In this document: piece by piece, positions 41,071 through 53,842 of the stretch
Position numbering within the stretch: the stretch's first letter is position 1
Layout of the letters: each line of letters opens with the position of its first letter
Source: Eledone cirrhosa
Taxonomy: Eukaryota
Length of the DNA stretch: 64,000 nucleotides
Direction of reading: 5' to 3'
NCBI GenBank assembly: GCA_964016885.1
Contig: OZ024758.1
Location: 7,936,001 to 8,000,000, forward strand
Program-made: the position numbers and the translations under genes
The notes under the pieces: model-generated
What the model was told of the DNA's origin: nothing
Database searches by the model: none
Seen by the model: only the letters and a program-made list of their open reading frames with translations

Positions 41071-41217
41071 AAAACCCTTAGTAGTATGGCAAATATTTAT
41101 TTGGATAACAGAACAGAATAGAAAAAAAGTACCATCAAATGTAGTCATTCTTTTTTATAACAGTTATTTTCTGTAAATGAATAAAGAACGAGGCAGAACT
41201 GATTCACAGTAAGTTAG

Positions 41218-41898
41218 TTAGTGTTGGAGAAAAGTACTATGGCCTATTAGTGTTGGTGAGAAGTACTATGGTCTATTAGTGTTGGTGAGAAGTAATATGG
41301 TCTATTAGTGTTGGAGAGAAGTACTATGGTCTATTAGTGTTGGAGAGAAGTACTATGGTCTATTAGTGTTGGAGAGAAGTACTATGGTCTATTAGTGTTG
41401 GAGAGAAGTACTATGGTCTATTAGTGTTGGAGAGAAGTAAGTAATATGGTCTATTAGTGTTGGAGAGAAGTACTATGGTCTATTAATGTTGGAGAGAAGT
41501 AATATGGTATATTAGTGTTGGAGAGGGGAAATATGGTATATTAGTGTTGGAGATAAGTACCATGGTCTATTAGTTAGTGTTAGAGAGAAGTAATATGGTC
41601 TATTAGTGTTAGAGAGAAGTAATATGGTCTATTAGTGTTGAAGAGAAGTAACACGGTCTATTAGTGTTGGAGATAAATACTATGGTCTATTAGTGTTGGA
41701 TAGATGTAATATGGTCTATTAGTTAGTGTTGGAGAGATGTACTATGGTCTATTAGTGTTGGAGATATGTACTATGGTCTATTAATGTTGGAGAGATGTAC
41801 TATGGTCTATTAGTGTTGGAGAGATGTACTATGGTCTATTAGTGTTGGAGAGAAGTAATAAGGTCTATTAGTATTGGGGAGAAGTACTATGGTCTATT
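41218..41898. repeat. 29-bp minisatellite, ~23 diverged copies
   Basis: Unit TATTAGTGTTGGAGAGAAGTACTATGGTC. Confidence 0.95.
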
Positions 41899-43018
41899 CA
41901 TACTGACTGCTGAGATTTATTTTTTATATATCTTTGGAACAGTCTTCATAAAGTTACCATTACTTTTAGGCTTCTTTTAAATCAGTAGTCTTATTTCTTC
42001 CTTGGTGAACGAAGCAAGGAGTGAGTCTCTCTCTCTCCCCTCCTCTCTCAGTCCCCATTTATCACTCCCCCCTCCTCTCTCTCGTCTCTCTCCCCATCTC
42101 TTTCTCTTTCCCCTCCCTTTTTTTCTCACCTAGTTTATTGATGAATAGCTGGCATAACAAATGTAATTTTCCATTGATATAGCACCTACAAAATTGATTG
42201 TTTATATATATATATGTGTGTGTGTGTGTATATATGTTTGTGTGTGTGTGTGTGTATGTGTGTGTGTGTGTATAGATATATATATGTGTGTGTACTTTTC
42301 ATAAATACCTATTGCCTTCTCTTTATTTTGCCATTACTTTCTCTCTCTCTCTCTGACTGGAAATGGAACATTCCATCCATTAAAGTGGCTTTGTAGTTAA
42401 TCATATGAGTAATTTATATCTTCAGCTTCTAAATGAACATAATGGTAATTTAGAGTTAGTATTTTATTATTTCACAAAATACCATCTATTGAACAAAGAG
42501 ACAATATGGTTTTAAGCTGTTAGAGAAAAATGTATTGCCTTCTAGTAAAATTGATTAATGGTTCATCTGTGAAACAGTTTAAGAAAACTTTTGTTGAAGA
42601 AAATAACAGCAAAATAGGCTTGAAAAAATATTAAATGATAAGTTAGAATGTTTATGGCATTTTGTTACTTGGAAGCTATTTTGATAACAGTATCAGCAAA
42701 CTAAGTACTATGTGTAGATTATAGTTCAAAATGTTTGGTTCTTTTAAAGGCTTGTATTTGATCGGTGCTAATAATAATTTTCATAAAATTGATAACCTGA
42801 AGAATTAGGAAAGAAAATCATTGTTGAAATATATTTCATTACTTATTCAAGGGTTGTTGTTATTATTATTATTATTTAAGACAAAGTAATGTTGAAATTA
42901 GTTATTCTATTGCTGCTATGTTGATATCAAATGTTTTGTTCATCTGAGGCTGATTGCTTCTGTTTTGATTATAGATGGTTTGTGAAATTAGTTTAACCCT
43001 TTTGACACAAAACTGCTT

Positions 43019-43205
43019 AAAACTGGCCATTTCTATGATATAAAGATGTTTCTATGTTATAAGACTGGCTATTTCTATGACATAAAACTGGCCATTTCTA
43101 TGGCATAAAACTGGCTATTTCTATGACATAAAACTGGCCATTTCTATGACATAAAACTGGCCATTTTTATGGCATAAAACTGGCTATTACTATGACATAA
43201 AACTG
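43019..43205. repeat. 23-bp minisatellite (~8 copies) inside a piggyBac-type MITE end
   Basis: Unit AAAACTGGCCATTTCTATGACAT following TTAACCCTTTTGAC. Confidence 0.85.
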
Positions 43206-44235
43206 CTTGTTAAAGTGTTTATCATAATCATCATCATTATATCAACTGGGGGGGGGGGGGCATACTGTACATATGCCTCAGCTTGTGCTCATGGGAAGTT
43301 GGGTCTTCTGTATTACTGCACATCGCCAGAGATCCCTGTCATGTGTCAAAACCTCTGAGAGGTGCAATTGTGCAAGGTTGGCTTTTATTACCTCATCCCA
43401 GGTCTTCCTGGGTCTTCCCATTCCAAGGCTTCCAACTTTGAGCGCTCTGCACTTTTTTATGCAGTAGGAAAATACAAGGAAAATGTATTTGTCAGATGCT
43501 GTAAATATTGTTCAAAGTAACTTTAGCAGCTTTAGTTGAAGGAGATAATACATAGGCCTATACATTGGTTTTATAGTCAGACAGTCACACAAATCAAGAA
43601 ACTTAGACAAATAGATATGAAATGATTAATAATAAAAAAAAAACTAAAAGTAGAAGATAGCAAATAAATATATTACCAGTCCAACTTTATGTTCAATAAT
43701 TGATGTATTGTATTATAAAAATCTACCTGTTCCAAGAAGTTTTGTGTCTAAATATATGTATTGATTCTATTGATCTGTGTCAGGAAGAAATATCAACTAT
43801 ATGCAAATATAAGATAAATGATCAGATGAGAATCAGTGATTTCAATGTGATATGGCTGTAAGCAAAAGAAAAATGTATGTGATATTTGATGTGTAGAAAA
43901 TTATATTAGGTTGTATAGAAATCATTTGGCATATATTATTGTCATGTATTGTTCCTCACTTCCTACTTATAGCTGTTACAAAGTGATATCCTCGAGTAAG
44001 AAAATCTATATAATTTTATAAAATATTATTGTTGTCGTATGATCTACAAATTATATCTACATACTCTGAGGTTTATCGTGTCATCTGTATAATAGCTTAT
44101 GTATCAGCATGTCATCTTTGATAATTCACGTAGGTTTTTTTTTTCTTCTATATTTTAACTTCAACAGAAACTATATCAGTGGGTCATATTGAATGTTTTA
44201 CATTTCTAATGATAGACGCTGCCAATGATTTTTAA

Positions 44236-44454
44236 CCCTTTAGCATTTAAACCAGCCGTATCCAGCCAGAATTCGTTCATCTCTTTTCATTCAAACCAGC
44301 TGCAACTAGCCACTCATACTGATGTTATGGTATTACTCTCAAAATAAATAATATCAAAATCTCATAGATTCAGTTATGTGAGATACTTATGTAAGATAAT
44401 GTCTTTACTGTGAAAACATAAAAGTATATATTAAGCAAAGTAAATGCTAAAGGG
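44236..44454. mobile_element. piggyBac-type MITE, unexpanded (219 bp)
   Basis: TTAA|CCCTTTAGCATTTA ... TAAATGCTAAAGGG|TTAA. Confidence 0.9.
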
Positions 44455-45613
44455 TTAAACATTTTTCAAAATAATTAAGACTTTTAAGATATGAAGTCAT
44501 ACAACTAACTTTATCATTATTCATCTGGAGTTTGGAGCTTCAGCTAAATTCCTACAAGAAATTATGTCAGAAGATATGTAGATAGAAATAAACATTTTAA
44601 AACAGATAGGTCTGTATCATAGAACCAGGGACAATTTCAGGTGGTTTTGTATCAAGAGTATTAAAGAGAATACTCTGTTGAAAAGCAATAGCTTAAAACA
44701 TTCATATTTTGTCAAATTATAAGAATCTCAAACACAGAAATAGCTGTAAAACAGCCAGCTGCTATGATGACCATAGCATAGAGTCAGGTTAAACAAAACC
44801 TCTTATGAACAGAAGAGTGGTGAGAGAAGAAGAAGAGACAATCTTATGAAATATTTACAGTCAAATCCTTTCATATGTTGTTTGCAACGTTCAATTTTCT
44901 GCTCCTCTCAACAATTGAGTTTCTTTCACGTAACAGAAGCTCTCCTTTTTATTTATTGTTACCAAGACAGGTTGTCACCAATTTCCTCAGATTCTGGATG
45001 TTATTCTAGCTTAGTTTTTTTTTTATACCAACAGGGCCAAAACCTGACTCTGGTTCTATGAAACAAAGCCACTCATTTTCAAACCATTCCTATTTAAATT
45101 AAAATCTTCCAACATAATTCTATAAGAACCTTTTGTTAAGTTACTATCTAAGTCGCGAAATAATTAATAATTTTAATAAATCATTCAAACTTGTTAATTA
45201 ATTAATTGTAATTGAATGTATTTCATGAGGAATATGATCACAAAATAATTAAGAGTAAGCTGTAAGATAAGAAAATAAAATTTAATTTTTACCTTGTATT
45301 ATGGATTAAATAGTAAAACTTGTTTCAGGAATTTGAGGTGTTAATATGTTGTTAACACTTTAGTATTTATATTACTCTATATTTACTATTGTAGTTTCAT
45401 GGTAAATGATTTATCTCACATAATCTTGAATCTACAAGATGTTGACGACATTATTATTACTGTATCATTACTATATTATAACCATATCATTACTATATTA
45501 TTACTATGTTATTACCGTATTATTACCACATTATTACTATATTATTACATACTATTCACACTTTTTATATATTATGATATTAAATCACACAAGTAATAAC
45601 TTTATTTTTCCAG

Positions 45614-45687
45614 GAATTGGTTGCAATTGAACTAAAAGAGAACAAGCACAAAATTCTGAATGGTCTTTTATATTACAAGAAACCAAC
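45614..45687 (+). CDS. NUP188: Internal coding exon resembling the N-terminal region of nucleoporin NUP188
   Basis: TTTATTTTTCCAG| acceptor and |GTGAGT donor; 74 nt, phase 0 to 2; ELVAIELKENKHKILNGLLYYKKP aligns without gaps to human NUP188 SQIEAELNKHWRRLLEGLSYYKPP (recalled, not searched). Confidence 0.7.
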
Positions 45688-46166
45688 GTGAGTAGTATTT
45701 ATTTCTCTGTTGAGTATTGTTGACACCAGTTTACATAATATATCAATGGAAACATAAGCTCAGTGAGTTACTTCTATGAAACATTATACTGACACTGATA
45801 ATAATGTCTTCTCCTCTTACATTGCTAGCAAATAAGGGGCTGTTCCCTTTACACACAAAAAAAAAAGTCAAAAGTCTATCTGGAGCCGGGTAGCTCATCA
45901 GACCAGTGCTTGACCCAGTTTCTGTGGCGTGGAGCAACTGAGGGTACCAACTCCCCCTGGACAGGACATTGGTCCATTGCAAACATTGGGTTGAACCCAC
46001 AGCTATTTTCAGCTGAATATGTTGGAGCAATGAAATGAAATATTTTGCTAAAGAACACAACACACAATCCTGTCAAGGGATCAAACCCACAGTATTATGA
46101 TTGTAAGTTCAATACCCTTACGACTAGGCCACATGTCCCCTCAGCCTTACAGGCCAGTCCACACTA

Positions 46167-46380
46167 CTGGGTGACCACAAAAACATTCCTTTATTTCAAA
46201 TACTTATAATATGAAAACTTAAATGAATATTCTTACAATATTTGTGGCTACAGTTGCATAAACTAACAAAGTTTCAGGTGATATTGGTTGATATCATAGA
46301 CACTCGATGTGTGCCCCTTTGGTTGCTCGACAAATATTCAATGTGATAATCAAGCTTGGAGTGTTTTTGTGGTCACCCTA
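46167..46380. mobile_element. Tc1/mariner-derived MITE
   Basis: TA|CTGGGTGACCACAAAAACA ... TGTTTTTGTGGTCACCCTA|TA. Confidence 0.8.
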
Positions 46381-46896
46381 TATATCATTCAACTGTCTTG
46401 TGTTGCCTTGACACTTTCCTCCCTCTGGAGTTATAATTACAAATGTCTGTCTCAAGCTTGAAGGCTCATCAGGTCGGTGTTTATCCCAATTTCCATGGCA
46501 TGAAATGATTGAGAGTACAACCCCACACCCCTGGATAGGATGCTAGTCCATTGCAAGGTTGAACTCCCAGCTAATGCTGGTACTCATTCTCAGCTGAGTA
46601 TACTGGAAGCAACATGAAATTAAGTGTTTATGCTTGAGAACTCAACACCCAACCCAGTCCAGGAATCAAACCTACAACATTATAATCGTAAGTCCAACAC
46701 CTTTACCATAAGGCTACATGCCTCCACAGCTTTACAGGTCACACTATATCACTCAACTGCCTGGTGCCCTGTCACTGTCCTCTGCAATTATAATTACAAG
46801 AGACAGTGTTGATGTTTGATGACAATAGCCTACATGCTCAACTGCTTTCTTTCATTTACATGACGTCAATTAGTCTCTTACACTGTAAATATGTGG

Positions 46897-46927
<31 letters not shown>

Positions 46928-46962
46928 ATATAAGATCAAAAGATGGTTAAAGGAGTTCCATG

Positions 46963-47033
46963 TATTTTATTATGCGCATTTCAAAAACAAACATCATCAT
47001 GCAATAATATTTGTGTTTTCATCAGATAAAACA
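46963..47033 (-). ncRNA. Type I hammerhead ribozyme (Penelope-like element/retrozyme type)
   Basis: Minus strand: UGUUUUAU-CUGAUGA-[16-position stem II, GCAU loop]-GAAA-UGCGCA-UA-AUAAAAUA; all core nucleotides and three stems are present. Confidence 0.75.
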
Positions 47034-47861
47034 GGAGAACATGATATGAAGGCTAAAAAACACTTGTGGATAGTGCAGTTTTAAATCAACATATGAAAAG
47101 TGGTTTTAGATTGATGTGTGATAGTGGGAAACATATTTTATTTAGAGAGGGGTGGGGGGAGGGGAGGATGAAAAAGGGGAGGAGATGAGAGGGAGAGATG
47201 GGTGATAGAGAGAAAGATATCTTATCCGATATCTGCATTGCTTTATTGTACTACAATAAAACTCACCTCCTACATATATATACATATATATATATGTATG
47301 TATACACACACACACACACATATATATATTTACGAAGATAAATCAAATTAAATTTCGTTTGTGTGAATCAGGTGGGCAAACAAAATAAGTATGGCAGACT
47401 GCTTACCAAATATTTTTCTCGGTGTGTTTCTTGCAAGGCATACAGTAATAATCCAGTTAAAGAGTTTATGGCACAATTTCCAAGGAGAAGATCACAGAGT
47501 ATTTATAATAATAAGTATGGTACCAGGAAAAACAGGAAGAATTGGTCATAAGGAGAAATTTATTGCAGTTAGCAGTAAGTGATACTTATTGCAAAAATGC
47601 AACGACCTCACCTTGGACTATAACATCTTTTTTCTTTTTCTGATGAAGTGCAATATTTTATTATGCAATATATACAATTGAGCATGGAATTTGCAGTCAG
47701 TACATGTAGACGGTTATTGTATAGAAACATATGTTAAGGAATGAACTCTCAATAAATTTCTCCTTCTGACCAATCCTTCCTGCCTAGTTATTCCTGTTTT
47801 TCCTAGTACTCTACTTATTACTTTTATATGTATTGCAAACCCCCGCAAATATTGGGGACAA

Positions 47862-47921
<60 letters not shown>

Positions 47922-48382
47922 TGTATCATCATCATCATCATTTAACGTCCATCTTCCATGTGATGTTAGCATGGGTAGGATGGGCTGTCACTTTGTATAT
48001 ATATAAATAAATATTATATATATATATATATACCCCCATCCTACCACCCCCACCCCATCCACACCGCCCCCTTCTATGTAAAGTTATGTTGGTGCCACAC
48101 CATCCAGGCCGAAACAAATGAGATCGTGTAGGTGTCACGTTAAAAAAACACACAGTCCACGCTGTAATGTGGCCGTGTAGGCAACACGGAAAAAACCTCC
48201 CAGCCCCACACTGTAAATGTGGTTGGTGTTAGGAAGGGCATCCAACTGTAGAAAACCTGCCAGACAGTCCTATGCGAGCAAGACAATCACTCTTGCCTCA
48301 AGTGGGAAAACCCCCATCCAAACCCATGCAAGCGTGGAACACGGACGTTAAACGATGATGATGATGATGATATATCATTATT

Positions 48383-48733
48383 ATTTAACGTCCATCTTCC
48401 ACGTTAGACAGGTTTGTCCCATTTGAGGCGAGTTGAGTCGGGTGAGTGTGTCTCGCTCATATAGGACTGTTTCTGGCTGGATGCCCTCCCTAATGCCAAC
48501 CACATTTACAGTGTGTCTGGGTGCTTTTTTTCCATGGAACCTCCACGACCACTTTGCAGTGGAATGATAGGGACCCCAGTCCCTATCATCTCATTTCTAC
48601 AGCTGAGTAAACTGGAGCAATGTGAAATAAAGTGTCTTGCTCAAGGAAACAACACATCACCCGGTCTGAGAATTGAACTCTCAACCTTTCGATTGCAAGG
48701 CCAATGCTCTAACCACTAAGCCATGTGCCTCCA
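48383..48733 (-). mobile_element. Full-length family B/C SINE, adjacent to a + strand family C copy (48115-48372)
   Basis: Same architecture as 23010-23355. Confidence 0.8.
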
Positions 48734-48755
48734 TAGAGGCACATGGCTTAGTGGT

Positions 48756-48857
<102 letters not shown>

Positions 48858-50858
48858 ATAGGTAGAGGAATGAAATTTCTCCAGGTGTGAGTAATGCAAA
48901 TAAAATGAAATACCTTCAGCTATGACTTAATTTACTGGTAGCTGACCTCTACCCTACAACTCCTTGGCTTTAGATTCACAAGATGTGACAAACAATTTAA
49001 TGAACAGGAAGTTCAGTTTATTTATTAAATGAAATTCCTGAAAATGAATTGTGTGTTGCTAAAATGAGAGCCTGTTGCAATTGTTATTTGTTTTTACAAT
49101 AAATATAGAAATAGAAGCTTCGCAGTAATATTATTTTACTATAATGCATTGGGATTATACACGCCACTATTAAACTATATTATAGTCAAATATATTACAG
49201 CGAAGCTTCAATTTCAATTCTAAAAACTTTCTCCTGTGTTCCAAACATTCTTCCTTCATTATTTGCTTGTTTTTCTCAAATACAAACCTAAAATTGTAGT
49301 TAAGGCGTATATTCTGGATGCAATCCCATTGCATGGCAGGACCAATTTTAGGTCTATGTCGATATAAACTGTGTTATAACTGTCTTATATATAACTCTTA
49401 GTTATGTATTGCTATTTCTTTTGTTATATAACTGTTCCTTGTTGAAGTATTTATTATTTTAAATCTATTTGCTTTTTCTTATAAAAAGCTGCCAAAATGC
49501 ATATTGAAAATAGTCGCCTGAAAGAATCAAACTGTGCATCTGCCAGATGGCTGTAAAAAGGGTTATCCCAGCTATCCCACATACTGTACATGTTCAGTTT
49601 GACTCCCACAAACATCTCTGTCTACTTCTTTTTCGTTTTCAAGGGTAATTTACATGATTTATTTGACTAATTTTACAGATAATAAAATGCATTTTGGCAT
49701 ATCAAACCGATTTCAAACTTGCCCGATCTAAAGTCTGTCTCAAGTCTTGAGACTTATCAGGCTAGTACTTATCCTAGTTTCTGTGGCATGAAGTGACTCT
49801 CAACATTTCATATGGGAAACATAGTTTCAGTTTACAAACATTTCGTGTATGGAACGACCTTCAGGAATGAATTAAGTTGGTGAACAAAGGTTCCACTGTA
49901 TGTGTTTGTGTGTATGTATGTGTATGTATATGTTTGTATGTGTTTGTGTGTATGTATATGTTTGTGTGTATGTATATGTTTGTGTGTATGTATATGTTTG
50001 TATGTATGTGTTTGTGTGTATGTATATGTTTGTGTGTATGTATATATTTGTGTGTATGTATATGTTTGTATGTATATGTATGTATATGTCTGTGTGTATG
50101 TATATGTATGTGTGCATGACTTCACATTCGCAACACTGGTAAAGCAGACTGTTATATGATTGAATTTTTAAAGCGTTCTTCTGTATATGACTCACACGGT
50201 GTGAGTGTGTGTTTATGTCTGTGTACACTTATGTATATGTATATAGAATCAAAATGCTCGAGTGGATATGTTATCTGACTGCCAGCTTATGGTTTATTAG
50301 TTCAAACGTATTCAGGCATTTTATTGTCTCTTAGATGGACTTTATTCTACATGCCTTAGTTCACTTAGCTGGTGATAATATGCAGCAGAATTGCTGCAGA
50401 AATTACTCTCACACAAGTGCTGTTCTATTTCTAATGCTCAAGAGAAACTGGAGTGAAATACTAGCTCAATACCTCTTTGGGTTTTATGAAAAAGAAGTAC
50501 CTATGGTTATCAAATGTCTAAAAATTACAGCAGATGATCAAATTGGTAACCTTTGATATCAGAGTATTTCTGATACTGTTTAATTCATGAGCTATGAACT
50601 CCTCTTAAGATATTGGTACTGATATCATCACAAATATGATAGCACGGCTGCCTCCTTTACTACATCTATAGTTCTAGCTTGATTCATGTATACCACTGAC
50701 CAATATCAGGTCTACATATATACATACCACATCTATGTGAAACTATCTCCATTATGAATAATATATTGTGTATACTCTGGATACAGCTTTGCACGGTCCT
50801 ACATTCAAATCTTAGAGAGAGGGGGATTATCATTTTACATTCATCTTTCCCTGCTCTC

Positions 50859-51813
50859 ATGGGTTGGATGGGTCTTCTCCACACAGCCTCCCTTCACCTG
50901 CTGTCTTGCCATTGGGTTGGATGGGTCTTCTCCACACAGCCTCCCTTCACCTGCTGTCTTGCCATTGGGTTGGATGGGTCTTCTCCACACAGCCTCCCTT
51001 CACCTGCTGTCTTGCCATTGGGTTGGATGGGTCTTCTCCACACAGCCTCCCTTCACTTGCTGTCTTGCCATTGGGTTGGATGGGTCTTCTCCACACAGCC
51101 TCCCTTCACTTGCTGTCTTGCCATTGGGTTGGATGGGTCTTCTCCACACAGCCTCCCTTCACCTGCTGTCTTGCCATTGGGTTGGATGGGTCTTCTCCAC
51201 ACAGCCTCCCTTCACCTGCTGTCTTGCCATTGGGTTGGATGGGTCTTCTCCACACAGCCTCCCTTCACTTGCTGTCTTGCCATTGGGTTGGATGGGTCTT
51301 CTCCACACAGCCTCCCTTCACCTGCTGTCTTGCCATTGGGTTGGATGGGTCTTCTCCACACAGCCTCCCTTCACCTGCTGTCTTGCCATTGGGTTGGATG
51401 GGTCTTCTCCACACAGCCTCCCTTCACTTGCTGTCTTGCCATTGGGTTGGATGGGTCTTCTCCACACAGCCTCCCTTCACTTGCTGTCTTGCCATTGGGT
51501 TGGATGGGTCTTCTCCACACAGCCTCCCTTCACCTGCTGTCTTGCCATTGGGTTGGATGGGTCTTCTCCACACAGCCTCCCTTCACCTGCTGTCTTGCCA
51601 TTGGGTTGGATGGGTCTTCTCCACACAGCCTCCCTTCACTTGCTGTCTTGCCATTGGGTTGGATGGGTCTTCTCCACACAGCCTCCCTTCACTTGCTGTC
51701 TTGCCATTGGGTTGGATGGGTCTTCTCCACACAGCCTCCCTTCACTTGCTGTCTTGCCATTGGGTTGGATGGGTCTTCTCCACACAGCCTCCCTTCACCT
51801 GCTGTCTTGCCAT
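50859..51813. repeat. 53-bp minisatellite, ~18 copies, amplified from an RTE LINE 3' end
   Basis: Unit ATGGGTCTTCTCCACACAGCCTCCCTTCACYTGCTGTCTTGCCATTGGGTTGG; explains the three long ORFs at 50754-52104. Confidence 0.97.
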
Positions 51814-52225
51814 TTCTTTTGTGAGGTTCAACAATTCCAGATCAGCTCTCACCACCTTAACTCTAGTTTTCCTCTTCTGCAGCTTCCTTCCACTAGCATC
51901 ATTTGGTATTTCTTCACCCAACAATCATCAACATGTATTATATTACATGTCCATCAGAGTAGGCTCAATTTCTTTCTGTCTAGTCCTCACATTACCATTA
52001 TAGTCCTCTATTCATTACCATTCAGCACAGCTCCACATGTAAGCGTCATACAACTTGACCTTTGCTCAGAGAGAAAATTCCTTAGTTACCAGCAGTGTTT
52101 GTAGCTCCCTAAACTTTTACCATCCAGTTCTTATTTTAGCTGTTACACTTTCATAACAACCTCCTTCTCCTCTGCTAATTAGGTCATCTTAATAACAAAA
52201 GCTATCAACTAGCTCTGATGAATCT
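51814..52225 (-). mobile_element. RTE-type LINE fragments; part of it recurs inverted at ~52795-52890
   Basis: Minus strand RKTRVKVVRADLELLNLTKEM, homologous to 34386-34574. Confidence 0.7.
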
Positions 52226-53363
52226 TCCTTGGATTGGAAAAAGTTTATTTCACTTGTTATCTTATTACAAGTTGTTCCACTACATCTCTTGTGTACCCAT
52301 ATTTTACATTGTGTACGTCGTATAGGGTTCCTACACACTCCTTATCATCATCATCATTTTACGTCCGCTTTTCCCTGCTTGCAAGGGTGGGACGGGTCCT
52401 CTTCAGCACAGCATCTCTCCACTTGTCACAGTCCTTCATCATTTAACATCTGCTTTCCTTGCTAGCAAGGGTGAGATGGGTCTACATAGATCAAATCAAT
52501 ACTGAAGCTGGGCCACTGACATCTCAAACAGGCTAAGAAGGTCTGTATCCTGCTTATGGTCATATCAAGTGCAGAAGATAAGTTGTCATGTCTTTTGACA
52601 CAAACTGATGGGTCCTCCTAACTCTTTCTATAACAAGCTTGCTACAGCTGGATGCCTTTTCCAGCACCAACCACTTTACAGCATGTGCTGGGTGCTTTTA
52701 TTGTGTAGATCACCAGCACTAGGGAGGCTGTCATAACCATAACACAACTAAAAGGTCCTCCCAACCCTTTATTTGGCAAGCTTTCTACCAGAAAAGTTCA
52801 TCAGAGATAGTTAATAGCTTTTGATATCTAGATGACTTAATTAGCAGAGGAGGAGGTTGTTATGAATATATAACAGCTAAAATAAGAATTCTCTATATAT
52901 AATAATAATAATCAGCAGCATTTGTCTACATTTCTATGCTGGCATTGGATGGATGGGACTTTTTAATGCAGTCTTTTACAGCTGGATACCAACTCTTTTA
53001 GTTGCCTCTTACAACACCCAGGAATGTATATGGGGAACAGTTGTATTTTTAGACATAATCTATTGAATATGCAACTGTGTTCTTTCTCATTGCATATTTT
53101 TTCATATCAATTTTTTTCTTTTTTTTTTCATATTTTCATCTAAATTCCATGCAATTTACTTGGAACAGTAAAATTCCTCAATCTATCATCAACTTAGACC
53201 TTCATAGTCTCATATTCAGGATGGTGTTTGTTAGCATGTGTGTCAACAATTCCAAATTCTACATCCAGTACAAATAAAATTCCTAGCATGATGACTCTAT
53301 TTTTAGACAGGAACGTTCAAATACAATGCAACAACATCATGTTCGTGTATTTGAAAGGTACAC

Positions 53364-53412
<49 letters not shown>

Positions 53413-53842
53413 TGGCTGAAAAGTTCATAGGCTGACCAAGATACTTTCATGGAATGACCAAAGACCACCTTTCTCAAAAAATATAAACGCTTAAATTTGG
53501 AATGATATAAAATTTATCATTTATAAGCTGCATTATGACTTGACATTAAAATTATAACATTACATAGTCTATTTTATAAATTATATGTGTATAAAATACC
53601 ACACTGGTATAAGATACTACATCTATTGTGTATAAGATACTACATCTATTGTGTATAAGATACTACATCTTTTGTATATAAGATACTACAGCTATTGTAT
53701 AAGATACTACATCTATTGTGTATAAGATACCACACATGTATACGATTCTACATCTTTTGTGTATAAGATACCACACATGTATACGATTCTACATCTTTTG
53801 TGTATAAGATGGAAGTCTACACATGGAAGTTGGATGTGTGTA

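Noticed and set aside
43784-43857. 74-nt open segment between CAG and GTAAGC
   Set aside because: Unrecognised peptide, and its phase-2 end is incompatible with the phase-0 start of the 45614 exon
50754-52104. Three overlapping 356-395-aa ORFs
   Set aside because: A 53-bp repeat cycling through all frames; LINE-derived
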